A stretch of DNA of 64,000 nucleotides from Polyangiaceae bacterium (GTDB taxonomy: Bacteria > Myxococcota_A > Polyangia > Polyangiales > Polyangiaceae). Positions 8,787-17,327 of this stretch are shown here, piece by piece. The position numbers and the translations under genes are program-made. Where the stretch lies: assembly GCA_044376115.1 (NCBI GenBank), contig JBILLK010000019.1, positions 64,001 through 128,000 of the forward strand. The letters run 5' to 3'. Position 1 is the stretch's first letter. Each line of letters begins with the position of its first letter. Below the pieces are notes generated by a model. The model saw only the letters and a list, made by a program, of their open reading frames with translations, was not told the DNA's origin and searched no databases.

Positions 8787-10260
8787 AGCGCCGCTGCCTC
8801 GTCAGCGAGACCAGGAACACACGCAACGGACCTTGGCCGGCCTCCCCGAGCGCGACGTATTGATCGCGCGCCGCGCTGGCTTCTCCCTCGTGCGCGACGA
8901 TGGCGTCGTGCAGCGTGGGCGCTCGACCGTCGTGAAGATAGGGCCGCGTACGTGCGATCTCCCAAAGTGGCGGCGTCAGAAAAAGCGCGCCGTCCACTCC
9001 GCGATCCGCACGGGGCTCGGCCAACTTGCTGCCGAGGTCATGGCGCTTGAGATCGGAGAAGAGCTGAACCCGCAGCTTGCCGCTCTCGCTGCGTTCAGGC
9101 TTCGGCTGAGCCCCTTCGAGCGCGAGATCGAAGCTGAGCTCGGCCATGCCGCTGCGCGAACTCAAGCTGTAGCGGCTGCTCGTTAGCTCGAGCGCAGGTA
9201 CGTGACAGCTGGCGCAGCCGATCTGCTCGAACAGCTGCCGCCCTTCGGCCCACAGACTGACCGGCGCCAAGCTCGTCTGCGGCAGCTCCACGATGGGTAC
9301 CTCGGACAGCGCCAAGTAGCTCGTCAGCACGTCCAATTGCCCTTCGCTGATCTCCTCGACGACGCCGTCGCCATCGGGATCCTCACCGCCGTTCGGGCCA
9401 ATCAACGCAGGTACCTCGGCGAGCTCCTGCACCAGGTTGCTTGATTGCAATCCCATGTGCAACCGCAGCTCATCCTCCACGGCGTCGCGAATCGTGCGAT
9501 GAACGCCCTTCCAACCGAACGGGCGCACCTCCAACGTCGCGTCCACGCCAGCGACCTTGCTGGTGTCGAGAGTGCCGTCGGCTCGGCAGCCCAGCTGCCC
9601 GAAGGAAACGCCCTTCGCCGAGAGTGGCAACGTGATCGTGCTCGCGCTCGCTTTCGCTTGCAGGCGGCAGCTCTCGCGCAGCCCCGAAAGCTCCGCGGTC
9701 ATCTCCTTGGCCAAGAGCTCGATGAAACCAGCGCCGGTGAGCGCGCGTGCGTTGCGCGATAGCCCCGTAGCCGGCCGTTCACCATCGCCGCCCCAAAACG
9801 AATTGCCCGACGCATCCCCTGCACCGGCCGCGCCTCCTCGCAGATGACACGAGGCACACGAGGTGGTCTCCGCTCCGCCGCGAAGCCCGCGTTGAAAGCG
9901 GGTGGGGAAGGGGACATCGGCGCCACCGAGCCCCTCGGCTTCAGTGAACGCATGGTGAAAGATCTGAGCGCCGAATTGAAATAGCGCCTCGGCGTCGTAG
10001 CTGCCCGCGCGCACCTCGGCCTCACTGGGCGAACTTTGGCGAAGCATGAAGCCTGGTTCGGCCGCTTCGAGAAAACGGGCCTCGCGCTTGCGTGCGTCGC
10101 GCAGCAGCGCCTCGCGGGCTTCATCGAGCGGGGCCTCGGGTCGCAGCGGCGCGTAAATCCCGAGCGGATTGAGCTCTGGCGCAGTAGCGACGGGCTCCAC
10201 GCTTTCTTCTGCGCAGGCCAGCGCAAGCGCCGACGTCCCGAGCCAGTACCAGCGGTTCAT
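8773..10260 (-). CDS. Di-heme oxidoreductase (DHOR/DUF1111-like, bCcP/MauG superfamily) lipoprotein
   Basis: Two CASCH; RPFGWKG; LFSDLKRHDLG; TPPLW...PYLHDGRA...AIVAHEGEA; lipobox ALAC. Confidence 0.85.
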   Translation of the reverse strand: MNRWYWLGTSALALACAEESVEPVATAPELNPLGIYAPLRPEAPLDEAREALLRDARKREARFLEAAEPGFMLRQSSPSEAEVRAGSYDAEALFQFGAQIFHHAFTEAEGLGGADVPFPTRFQRGLRGGAETTSCASCHLRGGAAGAGDASGNSFWGGDGERPATGLSRNARALTGAGFIELLAKEMTAELSGLRESCRLQAKASASTITLPLSAKGVSFGQLGCRADGTLDTSKVAGVDATLEVRPFGWKGVHRTIRDAVEDELRLHMGLQSSNLVQELAEVPALIGPNGGEDPDGDGVVEEISEGQLDVLTSYLALSEVPIVELPQTSLAPVSLWAEGRQLFEQIGCASCHVPALELTSSRYSLSSRSGMAELSFDLALEGAQPKPERSESGKLRVQLFSDLKRHDLGSKLAEPRADRGVDGALFLTPPLWEIARTRPYLHDGRAPTLHDAIVAHEGEASAARDQYVALGEAGQGPLRVFLVSLTRQRRYAVP

Positions 10261-11708
10261 CGCGGTACCCTCAGCTTGGGCGTGCGTGACAGCGAGGTCA
10301 GAAACACGGCCAGATCACCCTGCGACGTGGCATCGAGTGCTTGATACGCGCTGCGCGAATCAGCCGCCTCCCCACCGTGAAATGCGATCGCCTGGGCGAA
10401 GGTGGTTGCGCGACCGTCGTGCAAGAAGGGGCCTGTTTCAGCCAGCCCCCACAGCGGCCGGGTCAAAAATTCAGAGCGCGGGATGCCCTGCTCGTTCTCA
10501 TGCGGATCGGCCAGCTCTTCCCCAAGATCGTGCCGCTTGAGATCGCTGAACAGCTCGACCAACGAGTTGCCGCGCGGCAGGTCTCCGTCCGAAAGCAGGT
10601 TGAAGCGCACCGGCAGCGCCGCTGGATCATCGGGCAGCTCATCGTAAAGGGCGTAGTCCAAACGAAGCGTGCGCTGATGACAGGAGGCGCAGCCGATCTC
10701 GTCGAAGACGCTGCTGCCGCGTGCCCAGCGCTCGAGCAGCACGTTGCTGCTGGGCGGGATGATCGTCGGGACCTCGACCAACGCCAGGTAGACGGCTCCC
10801 GCCGTCAGCGTGCCCTCCTCGAGCTCACGTTGCACGCCGTCCTCATCGGGGTCGAACCAAGGACCCGTCCCGAGCTGCTCCGGATCCGGCTGCTCCTTGG
10901 CCGCGAGCGCGAGGCTGTGGGACTGAACGCCGAAGTGGATGCGCGAGGCGTCTTCGATGAAGCGCCGCAGCCGCGCGACGTCTCCCTTCCAACCGAAGGG
11001 CCGCACGACCAAATCCTCGCTGACGCCCTCCACCGCTTTGGCGTCCACGCTGCCGTCCGGAAGGGCGACCAGCGAGCCGAAGAACACGCCCTTGCTTTCG
11101 AGCTCTACGAGCACCGGCCTACCGGAGTCTGCTGCGGCGCCCAGCGCTTCGCTGCGTTGGAACTGGAGCTTGCGCGTCATCTCCTCGCCGAGGGCCTGCA
11201 CCAGGCCGAGTCCGAGCGCGTGCGGCGGGTTGCGCACGTTGGCCGACGACTGCGTCACGCCGTCCCCGTTGATGAAGGCGTTCTCGACCGCGGAGCCCGC
11301 ACCATCCGGCCCTCCTTGCGAGTGGCAGCCGGCGCACGAGTACGTATCGAGCCCGCCGCGCGTCTTCGTGTGAACCCGTAACAGCGGCGCATCGGCGCGC
11401 GCGCCGAAGCCGTCCTCGTTGCGAAACTCGTGCTCGAACAGCGCGTCCCCAGCGCGAAAGAGCCGGTCTAAATCGTATTGACCGCTGTCGATGTCGTCCT
11501 GGAACACCGAGATATGTTCGCGATCTTCGCCACGCTCGAACGCTTCGAGGTACTCCTCTTGGCGCTCGAGCTGGTAGAGGTCGTCTGCGGCCGTGCTCAA
11601 CTCAGTCAGCTGCGCGAGCGACGGCGGCGAGCCGCTCGGCCACGGCTCGCCAGCGAGAGCCGTGACCGCAAACGTTAGGCTTGCGGCGACGACCGACGTT
11701 CGCCGCAC
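10257..11708 (-). CDS. Di-heme oxidoreductase (DHOR/DUF1111-like), second paralog
   Basis: CAGCH and CASCH; RNPPHALGLG; RPFGWKG; LFSDLKRHDLG; TRPLWG...PFLHDGRA; GTG 11708 removes the overlap with the upstream gene and gives a signal peptide. Confidence 0.85.
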   Translation of the reverse strand: MRRTSVVAASLTFAVTALAGEPWPSGSPPSLAQLTELSTAADDLYQLERQEEYLEAFERGEDREHISVFQDDIDSGQYDLDRLFRAGDALFEHEFRNEDGFGARADAPLLRVHTKTRGGLDTYSCAGCHSQGGPDGAGSAVENAFINGDGVTQSSANVRNPPHALGLGLVQALGEEMTRKLQFQRSEALGAAADSGRPVLVELESKGVFFGSLVALPDGSVDAKAVEGVSEDLVVRPFGWKGDVARLRRFIEDASRIHFGVQSHSLALAAKEQPDPEQLGTGPWFDPDEDGVQRELEEGTLTAGAVYLALVEVPTIIPPSSNVLLERWARGSSVFDEIGCASCHQRTLRLDYALYDELPDDPAALPVRFNLLSDGDLPRGNSLVELFSDLKRHDLGEELADPHENEQGIPRSEFLTRPLWGLAETGPFLHDGRATTFAQAIAFHGGEAADSRSAYQALDATSQGDLAVFLTSLSRTPKLRVPR

Positions 11709-11713
11709 GCCGC

Positions 11714-12682
11714 TCAGGGGGCCGGCGGTTCTACGCACAGGTTGCAGCACGGAATCGCGCGAATGGTTCCGCCGCATTGAAGGTCAGCGGGCAGCGTGTG
11801 GGTGGTGTCGATGCCGTCGAAGAAGGTGTCGTTATCGAGGAAGAAGGTCAGGTCGCTGGTGGCGGTGATGTCGGCGTATTCACCGTCGGAGATGTGATTC
11901 GTCGGGTACGTCCAGTCGTTGCAGCGGCCGCCCGCGCCCGGCATGCTCATCGAGCCGTTGACCATCTCCGGTGTGTCGCGGTGAACCCAGAGCGTGGTGC
12001 CGACGGCGAGGCCGTTGAGCACCGGCTCGAGGTTGTCGGCTTTGGCCTCGGCGACGAGCAGCTCCGCGTAGCTGCAGACGTGCGTGCCGAGCGACGCCTC
12101 GGCGCACATGGCGTTACCAGCGTCCAACCCGACGAGCCCTTCGAAGGCCCAAACCGAGGTCTGCGCGGGCACCGTGGCTGCGAGAATTACGGTCTCGTCG
12201 GTGTTGCAGGGCGCGCCGCCCATGCCGCCTTCACCGCCGCCGCCGCCGCCCGCGCCGCCGCCACCCTCGGTGGTCACACTGCAGTCGTCGGGGCAAATGT
12301 CGAACTCGTTGCCCTTCGCGCCAGCGTCGTCACAGCCTTCATTGCCGGTGACGAGCCCGTCGCCACACTTGAGCTCGAAGAAGCAGGCTTGGGTACACCC
12401 GTTGGTGTTGTCCATGTCCCCGTCGTCGCACTCTTCCCCGACCTCTTTGACGCCGTCGTTGTCGCAGTTGGCGAGCTCGGCCGTACACTCACACTGACCG
12501 AAGGACTGGCCGTCGCTGGCGCAGGTTTGAGCGCCATCGGTGCCGTTGGTGCAGACGCACGCTTGCGTCGCTCCAGGCGTGCAGCCCTCGGTGGTGTCAC
12601 CGGTTCCTCCGGAATCTCCGCAGGCAGCGATGGCGATCAGAGCAAGAATTGAAAGTCCAAGTTGACGGGGGCTCATGCGCAT
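11714..12682 (-). CDS. Cys-rich lipoprotein with myxococcal Cys-rich repeats and a C-terminal C-type-lectin/DUF1554-like domain
   Basis: Lipobox IAAC; GEECDDG...GC and CGDG...EGCDD repeats; GLDAGNAMC...CNDWT...IPCC; AGGAG RBS. Confidence 0.7.
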   Translation of the reverse strand: MRMSPRQLGLSILALIAIAACGDSGGTGDTTEGCTPGATQACVCTNGTDGAQTCASDGQSFGQCECTAELANCDNDGVKEVGEECDDGDMDNTNGCTQACFFELKCGDGLVTGNEGCDDAGAKGNEFDICPDDCSVTTEGGGGAGGGGGGEGGMGGAPCNTDETVILAATVPAQTSVWAFEGLVGLDAGNAMCAEASLGTHVCSYAELLVAEAKADNLEPVLNGLAVGTTLWVHRDTPEMVNGSMSMPGAGGRCNDWTYPTNHISDGEYADITATSDLTFFLDNDTFFDGIDTTHTLPADLQCGGTIRAIPCCNLCVEPPAP

Positions 12683-12922
12683 TTGTGGCGGGCTCCTTGA
12701 GGTCGGCTATCGACAGGGCATTAGAGCAGTGTCTGGTGCCGTTTCGTCAAGCTTGCAAACCCAGGGCCGTCTACTTTTATCGTACATTTCCGCTCGGAGT
12801 GGCTTGCTGGTGGGCGCCGCCTGGATGGTCGAGTGATCCACCTCGTGGTGTCAGCTGTTCCTCAGCTGCTGCTCCGTTCGAGGCATCGCCCTTTTCCGGC
12901 GCCCTGGTTAGACTCCCGCGCC

Positions 12923-14869
12923 ATGTTGCCCCGCTCCCTTTTTCGCCTTCGTTTCTCGGTCTCCGCGCTCGCGCTGATCAGTGCCTGCAGCGGCTACCAA
13001 CCCGACACCGCTTCGCCGCCACCGCCTGTCGGTGTTCAAACGCAGGCGCCGGTCGTTACGGACACTGCGCCAGCCAGCGCCGAAGAGGCTACCAAGTTCA
13101 TCGCCGAGGTGAACGAGGGACTGCGCAAGTCCTACGTGGAGAAGGCGCGCGCGGAGTGGATCCAAGAGACGAACATCACGCCCGACACCGACGCGCTGGC
13201 CGAGCAGGCCCGCGACGCAACGATGGCGTACGTGACCGCCAAGATCAAAGAGTCGGTGCGCTTCCGCGACGTGCCCGGCCTCTCCAAAGACGTCGCTCGC
13301 CAGCTCGAGTTGTTGCGCCGAGGCACCGACCTTCCTGCGCCGAACGACGACAAAGAGCGTCGTGAGCTGGCTTCGCTCGCGACCTCGATGGGCAGCACGT
13401 ACGGCACCGGCAAGTACTGCTCGAAGAGCTTGGCCAAGTTCGCCAAGAAGAAGCCAGACGCCCCCAAAGCAGCGGCCGCTGCACCCGCGCAGGAGGTGTG
13501 CCTCACGCTCGGGGAACTCTCACACGTGCTCGAAGACCCCAAGAGCAGCTACGAGGAAAAGCTCGAGGCGTGGAAGGGATGGCGCACGATCTCGGTGCCG
13601 ATGCGCCCGCAGTATCAGCGCTTCGTGGAGCTCGGCAACAAGGGCGCCAAGGACATCGGCTTCAGCGATCTCGGTGAGCTCTGGCGAGCACGTTACGACA
13701 TGACTCCGGCCGAGCTCGAGACCGACGTCGAGCGGCTCTGGCAGCAGGTCAAGCCGCTCTACAACGACCTTCACTGTTACGTGCGCGGCGAGCTTCAGAA
13801 GAAGTACGGCAACGACAAGATCCCCGACAAGGGCACGATCCCCGCACATTTGCTGGGCAACATGTGGTCGCAGACCTGGGGCAACATCTACTCCGAGGTG
13901 GCGCCGCACAAGGGCGAGCCTTCACTCGACGTCACCAAGGGCTTGCTGAAGAAGAAGATGAAGCCGCTCGACATGATGAAGACCGGCGAGAGCTTCTTCA
14001 CCTCGCTGGGCATGAAGAGTCTGCCCAAGACCTTCTGGGAGCGCTCGATGATCGAGCAGCCGCCGGGACGAGAAGTGGTGTGCCACGCGAGCGCTTGGGA
14101 CCTCACCTTCGCTGGCGACGTGCGCGTCAAGATGTGCACCGAGGTGAACGAGGAGGACCTGATCACGATCCATCACGAACTCGGTCACAACTACTATTTC
14201 CTCTACTACAACGATCAGCCGATCCTGTTTCAAGAAGGCGCCAATGACGGCTTTCACGAGGGCATCGGGGACACGCTCGCGCTCAGCGTGACGCCCGAAT
14301 ATCTGGTCAAGATCGGCCTGCTCGATCGCGCGCCCGGCAACGACAAAGCCGAGCTCAACGTGCTGATGCGTCGCGCCCTCGACAAGGTCGCCTTCTTGCC
14401 GTTCGGCCTGCTGATCGACAAGTGGCGTTGGGATGTCTTCAGCGGCAAGACCAAGCCAGCGCAATACAACCAAGCTTGGTGGGACTTGGTGCAGAAGTAC
14501 CAAGGGGTCTCGGCGCCGGTGGCGCGCAGCGAGTCCGACTTCGACCCGGGCGCCAAGTTCCACGTGCCGGCCAACGTGCCGTACCTTCGCTACTTCCTGG
14601 CCGACATCTACCAGTTCCAATTCCATCGCGCGTTGTGCAAGGCCACCGGGCATACCGGTCCGCTCCACAAGTGCTCGATCCACGGCAACAAGGCCGCGGG
14701 TGAGAAGCTCACGGCGATGCTCGCGCTCGGCGCTTCAAAGCCGTGGCCCGAGGCGATGAAGGCGATCTCCGGTGAATCCAGCGCCGATGCCAGCGCCATC
14801 CTCGAGTACTTCGCGCCGCTCTCGGCCTACTTGAAGGAGCAAAACAAAGGGCGTCAGTGCGGGTGGTAG
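12923..14869 (+). CDS. M2-family (ACE-like) peptidyl-dipeptidase, lipoprotein
   Basis: HHELGH zinc motif, GANDGFHEGIGD, IPAHLLGNMWSQTW, CHASAWD, FDPGAKFHV; lipobox ISAC; ATG 12923. Confidence 0.95.
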   Translation: MLPRSLFRLRFSVSALALISACSGYQPDTASPPPPVGVQTQAPVVTDTAPASAEEATKFIAEVNEGLRKSYVEKARAEWIQETNITPDTDALAEQARDATMAYVTAKIKESVRFRDVPGLSKDVARQLELLRRGTDLPAPNDDKERRELASLATSMGSTYGTGKYCSKSLAKFAKKKPDAPKAAAAAPAQEVCLTLGELSHVLEDPKSSYEEKLEAWKGWRTISVPMRPQYQRFVELGNKGAKDIGFSDLGELWRARYDMTPAELETDVERLWQQVKPLYNDLHCYVRGELQKKYGNDKIPDKGTIPAHLLGNMWSQTWGNIYSEVAPHKGEPSLDVTKGLLKKKMKPLDMMKTGESFFTSLGMKSLPKTFWERSMIEQPPGREVVCHASAWDLTFAGDVRVKMCTEVNEEDLITIHHELGHNYYFLYYNDQPILFQEGANDGFHEGIGDTLALSVTPEYLVKIGLLDRAPGNDKAELNVLMRRALDKVAFLPFGLLIDKWRWDVFSGKTKPAQYNQAWWDLVQKYQGVSAPVARSESDFDPGAKFHVPANVPYLRYFLADIYQFQFHRALCKATGHTGPLHKCSIHGNKAAGEKLTAMLALGASKPWPEAMKAISGESSADASAILEYFAPLSAYLKEQNKGRQCGW

Positions 14870-15564
14870 TTTGAGCGCTCCTGCTCCCATTCGCGGAGCA
14901 GGACCACGACGGCTTGGTCGGCCTCGCCAAAAAGGCTGGCCAAGCTTTGCTCGAGGAGGTGCCGCTCCGCTGGCGCCGCGCGCTCGAAGCCGAACGCCGA
15001 GCGCAGCCCTTCGAGTCGATCGGCCAGGCCGTGCGCGGAGCCGTAACCGCTGGGCAACACGAAGCTACGTACAGCCTCGAGCAGCCGTTCGAGGCGGCGT
15101 ACGATCAGCGCGTGGTCGAACGACGACGGACCTTGCTCGAGATGCAGCGCGGTCAGCAGCTCTGCGGCGAGCCCCTCGCGACCACCGACCGAGCGGGCGA
15201 GCTCGCTGCTTACCGCCGCTTCACCGAGGTGGCGCACGAGCGCGCCGTCCAGGCACATCTCCCAGGTGACGTGGCCGAACAAGGCCGCGCGCGGTAGCGA
15301 GGTCGCCTGCAATTGGCGTTTGGCCGAGGCTTCTCCGTCGAGGAACGCGGCGGTCTTGTGGAACCAACGGTCCACCGCGAGGTGGTGGGCCATACCTTGC
15401 TGGGCCAGCGCGCGTTCGCTCTCGCCGCTCAAGTCCAGGCGAGCGCGCTGTGTACGTGCCGGCCGATGCACCATGCGGAAGAGATCCGGCAACATCGAGC
15501 CGAAGGCTGCGCACGGATGCTGGGAGTCGACGAGCGCAAGATGGTGATGAAAGACGAAGTTCAC
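14854..15564 (-). CDS. AcpH/phospholipase-C-like helical metallo-phosphoesterase
   Basis: N-terminal MNFVFHHHLA...GSMLPDL, G-x-x-HHLAVDRWFH, HVTWEMCLD; GTGA overlap at 15561-15564. Confidence 0.6.
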   Translation of the reverse strand: MNFVFHHHLALVDSQHPCAAFGSMLPDLFRMVHRPARTQRARLDLSGESERALAQQGMAHHLAVDRWFHKTAAFLDGEASAKRQLQATSLPRAALFGHVTWEMCLDGALVRHLGEAAVSSELARSVGGREGLAAELLTALHLEQGPSSFDHALIVRRLERLLEAVRSFVLPSGYGSAHGLADRLEGLRSAFGFERAAPAERHLLEQSLASLFGEADQAVVVLLREWEQERSNYHPH

Positions 15565-17327
15565 TCGGGCTCGACCGGCTGGGCTTCGGGGCTGGCGTCG
15601 CCTTCGGGGCTGGGTTCGCTGGGTGGGCCGGGATCGGGGGAGGGCTCGTTCCGAGGCGTGGGCTCGGTTGCGTCGCTCGGGTCGGGACCAGGCGGTTCGC
15701 TCAGCTCCCGCCTCAGGATGGGCGCGCAGGCTCGACAGGTTGGGGCCGTCACCCCGTTGCAACCGCCTTTCGACTGGACGATCGCTTTGGCGCGCTCGAG
15801 CCGCAGGGGGCCGCTCAGCGCGCTCGCGGCGCTGGCTGCACTCGCGCCCAGCGCAACGCACTCGGGGGCGGGTACGCCGCGTTTGGCGAGCCGCGGGAGC
15901 GATCGAAGCTCGGCTGGGTCTTTCGCCGAGGCGGCGCAACCGAGGATGAAGCGATCGAACGGTAGCAAGGCCTCCGCGCCGCCGCCGGGGATGCGCGCTG
16001 CGCCGCCGGCGGCTGCAGGCTTGACCGCGACCTCGGGACAGAGGTCGACGACGTCGAGCAAGTCATCGTCGTCATCATCCGCGTCACACTCGTTGCCGAG
16101 TCGATCGCAGTCGGCGTCGCACTGCTGGGCGTTCTTTTGCTGAGGGCAGTTGTCCTCGGTGTTGCGCACGCCGTCTTGGTCCCAATCGTCGTCGCAGGCG
16201 TCGCCGATCTTGTCCTTGTCGCCGTCGGTTTGGGTGAGGTTCTCGTGCTCGGGGCAGTTGTCGCAGGCGTCCCCGAGCGCGTCGCTATCCGTGTTCTCTT
16301 GCTGTTGATTGGCGACGCGCGGGCAGTTGTCGAGCTCGTCGGGGATGTGGTCGCCATCGCTATCGCGTTTCGCTCGCGTGAGCTCGAACTGCGTGAGTTC
16401 CAGCGCATGACAGGCGTTTTCTTGGGTTAGCTGCAAGCGTGCGGTGTCCCCAGTCGCGCCGCTGCTCAAGAAGGTGAGTCGCTCCGGAACGAGGCGAAAC
16501 GGAGAATCCGGCGGAGAAACAGCGACAGCGTGCGCTGAACCGAAGTGAAGCGCGCGTTCGGGCGCCTCCTCGCAGCGCGCTGCCTGCGAGCCGAAGCTCG
16601 CGAGCGCCTCGAAGCTCTCCATCCAGGGTTCACGCACTTGCCCGAATGCAGCGCCGAAGTCCCCTGCGATGATACCGACCTGTGTCGGGCTCGAGGCGAG
16701 CGAGGTGAGCAGGTGTCGCCATTGGAAGTCCCGGCGTTTGGCGTTGGCTTCGCCGCGGCCCGCTGCGCTGGCCAAGAGCTCCACGCGAAGGCCGGCCTCG
16801 CCGGTGACGCGCACGCGGGCGTAGCGGCCTGCTCCGTCGGGGTAGGAGTACTGATGCGCCCCTGCGTCCAAGGCCCAACCGCTGCCGACCAAAAGCGCTG
16901 GAGCACCCTCGCTGCCCGCGTCCACGGCACGTTCTTCAAACGCTTGGCCGGACAGCCGTTCGAGCTCGGCGTGATAACGAAAGGCTACGCCGCCGCCGCC
17001 TTTGCATGCCTCGCAGGTGCCGGTGTCTGCGAGTACCACCACGAGCTTTTGAGGATCGCCAGCGGCCTCGAGGGTGCGCTTTGCGAGGCCTGTGATCTCG
17101 CCTGGCGTCCACTCGCGACAGTCTGGGTTTTGCGCTCCAACCACGGCCAGCGATAGGTCGACTTTGGCCGCAGGGCTCGATCTCGGAACGGTGGCCTCGC
17201 GGAGTGCCACACAACTCTGCACACTCGCGGTCTTGACTGCTTTGGTTGGTGGTACCGGCGTCTGGACCTGGCAGGCGAGGAACCCGAGCAGGCTGAACCA
17301 GCGCGTGGCTCGGAAGTTTTGCTTCAT
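15561..17327 (-). CDS. Thrombospondin type-3 repeat lipoprotein
   Basis: Lipobox FLAC; multiple DxDxDxxxDxCDNCP Ca-binding repeats; Pro/Glu-rich tail. Confidence 0.8.
   Translation of the reverse strand: MKQNFRATRWFSLLGFLACQVQTPVPPTKAVKTASVQSCVALREATVPRSSPAAKVDLSLAVVGAQNPDCREWTPGEITGLAKRTLEAAGDPQKLVVVLADTGTCEACKGGGGVAFRYHAELERLSGQAFEERAVDAGSEGAPALLVGSGWALDAGAHQYSYPDGAGRYARVRVTGEAGLRVELLASAAGRGEANAKRRDFQWRHLLTSLASSPTQVGIIAGDFGAAFGQVREPWMESFEALASFGSQAARCEEAPERALHFGSAHAVAVSPPDSPFRLVPERLTFLSSGATGDTARLQLTQENACHALELTQFELTRAKRDSDGDHIPDELDNCPRVANQQQENTDSDALGDACDNCPEHENLTQTDGDKDKIGDACDDDWDQDGVRNTEDNCPQQKNAQQCDADCDRLGNECDADDDDDDLLDVVDLCPEVAVKPAAAGGAARIPGGGAEALLPFDRFILGCAASAKDPAELRSLPRLAKRGVPAPECVALGASAASAASALSGPLRLERAKAIVQSKGGCNGVTAPTCRACAPILRRELSEPPGPDPSDATEPTPRNEPSPDPGPPSEPSPEGDASPEAQPVEPE

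Noticed and set aside
12725..12741. sigma54-like CGGCAC...CTGCT upstream of the DHOR operon (- strand)
   Set aside because: GG-GC spacing is 11 nt rather than the required 10
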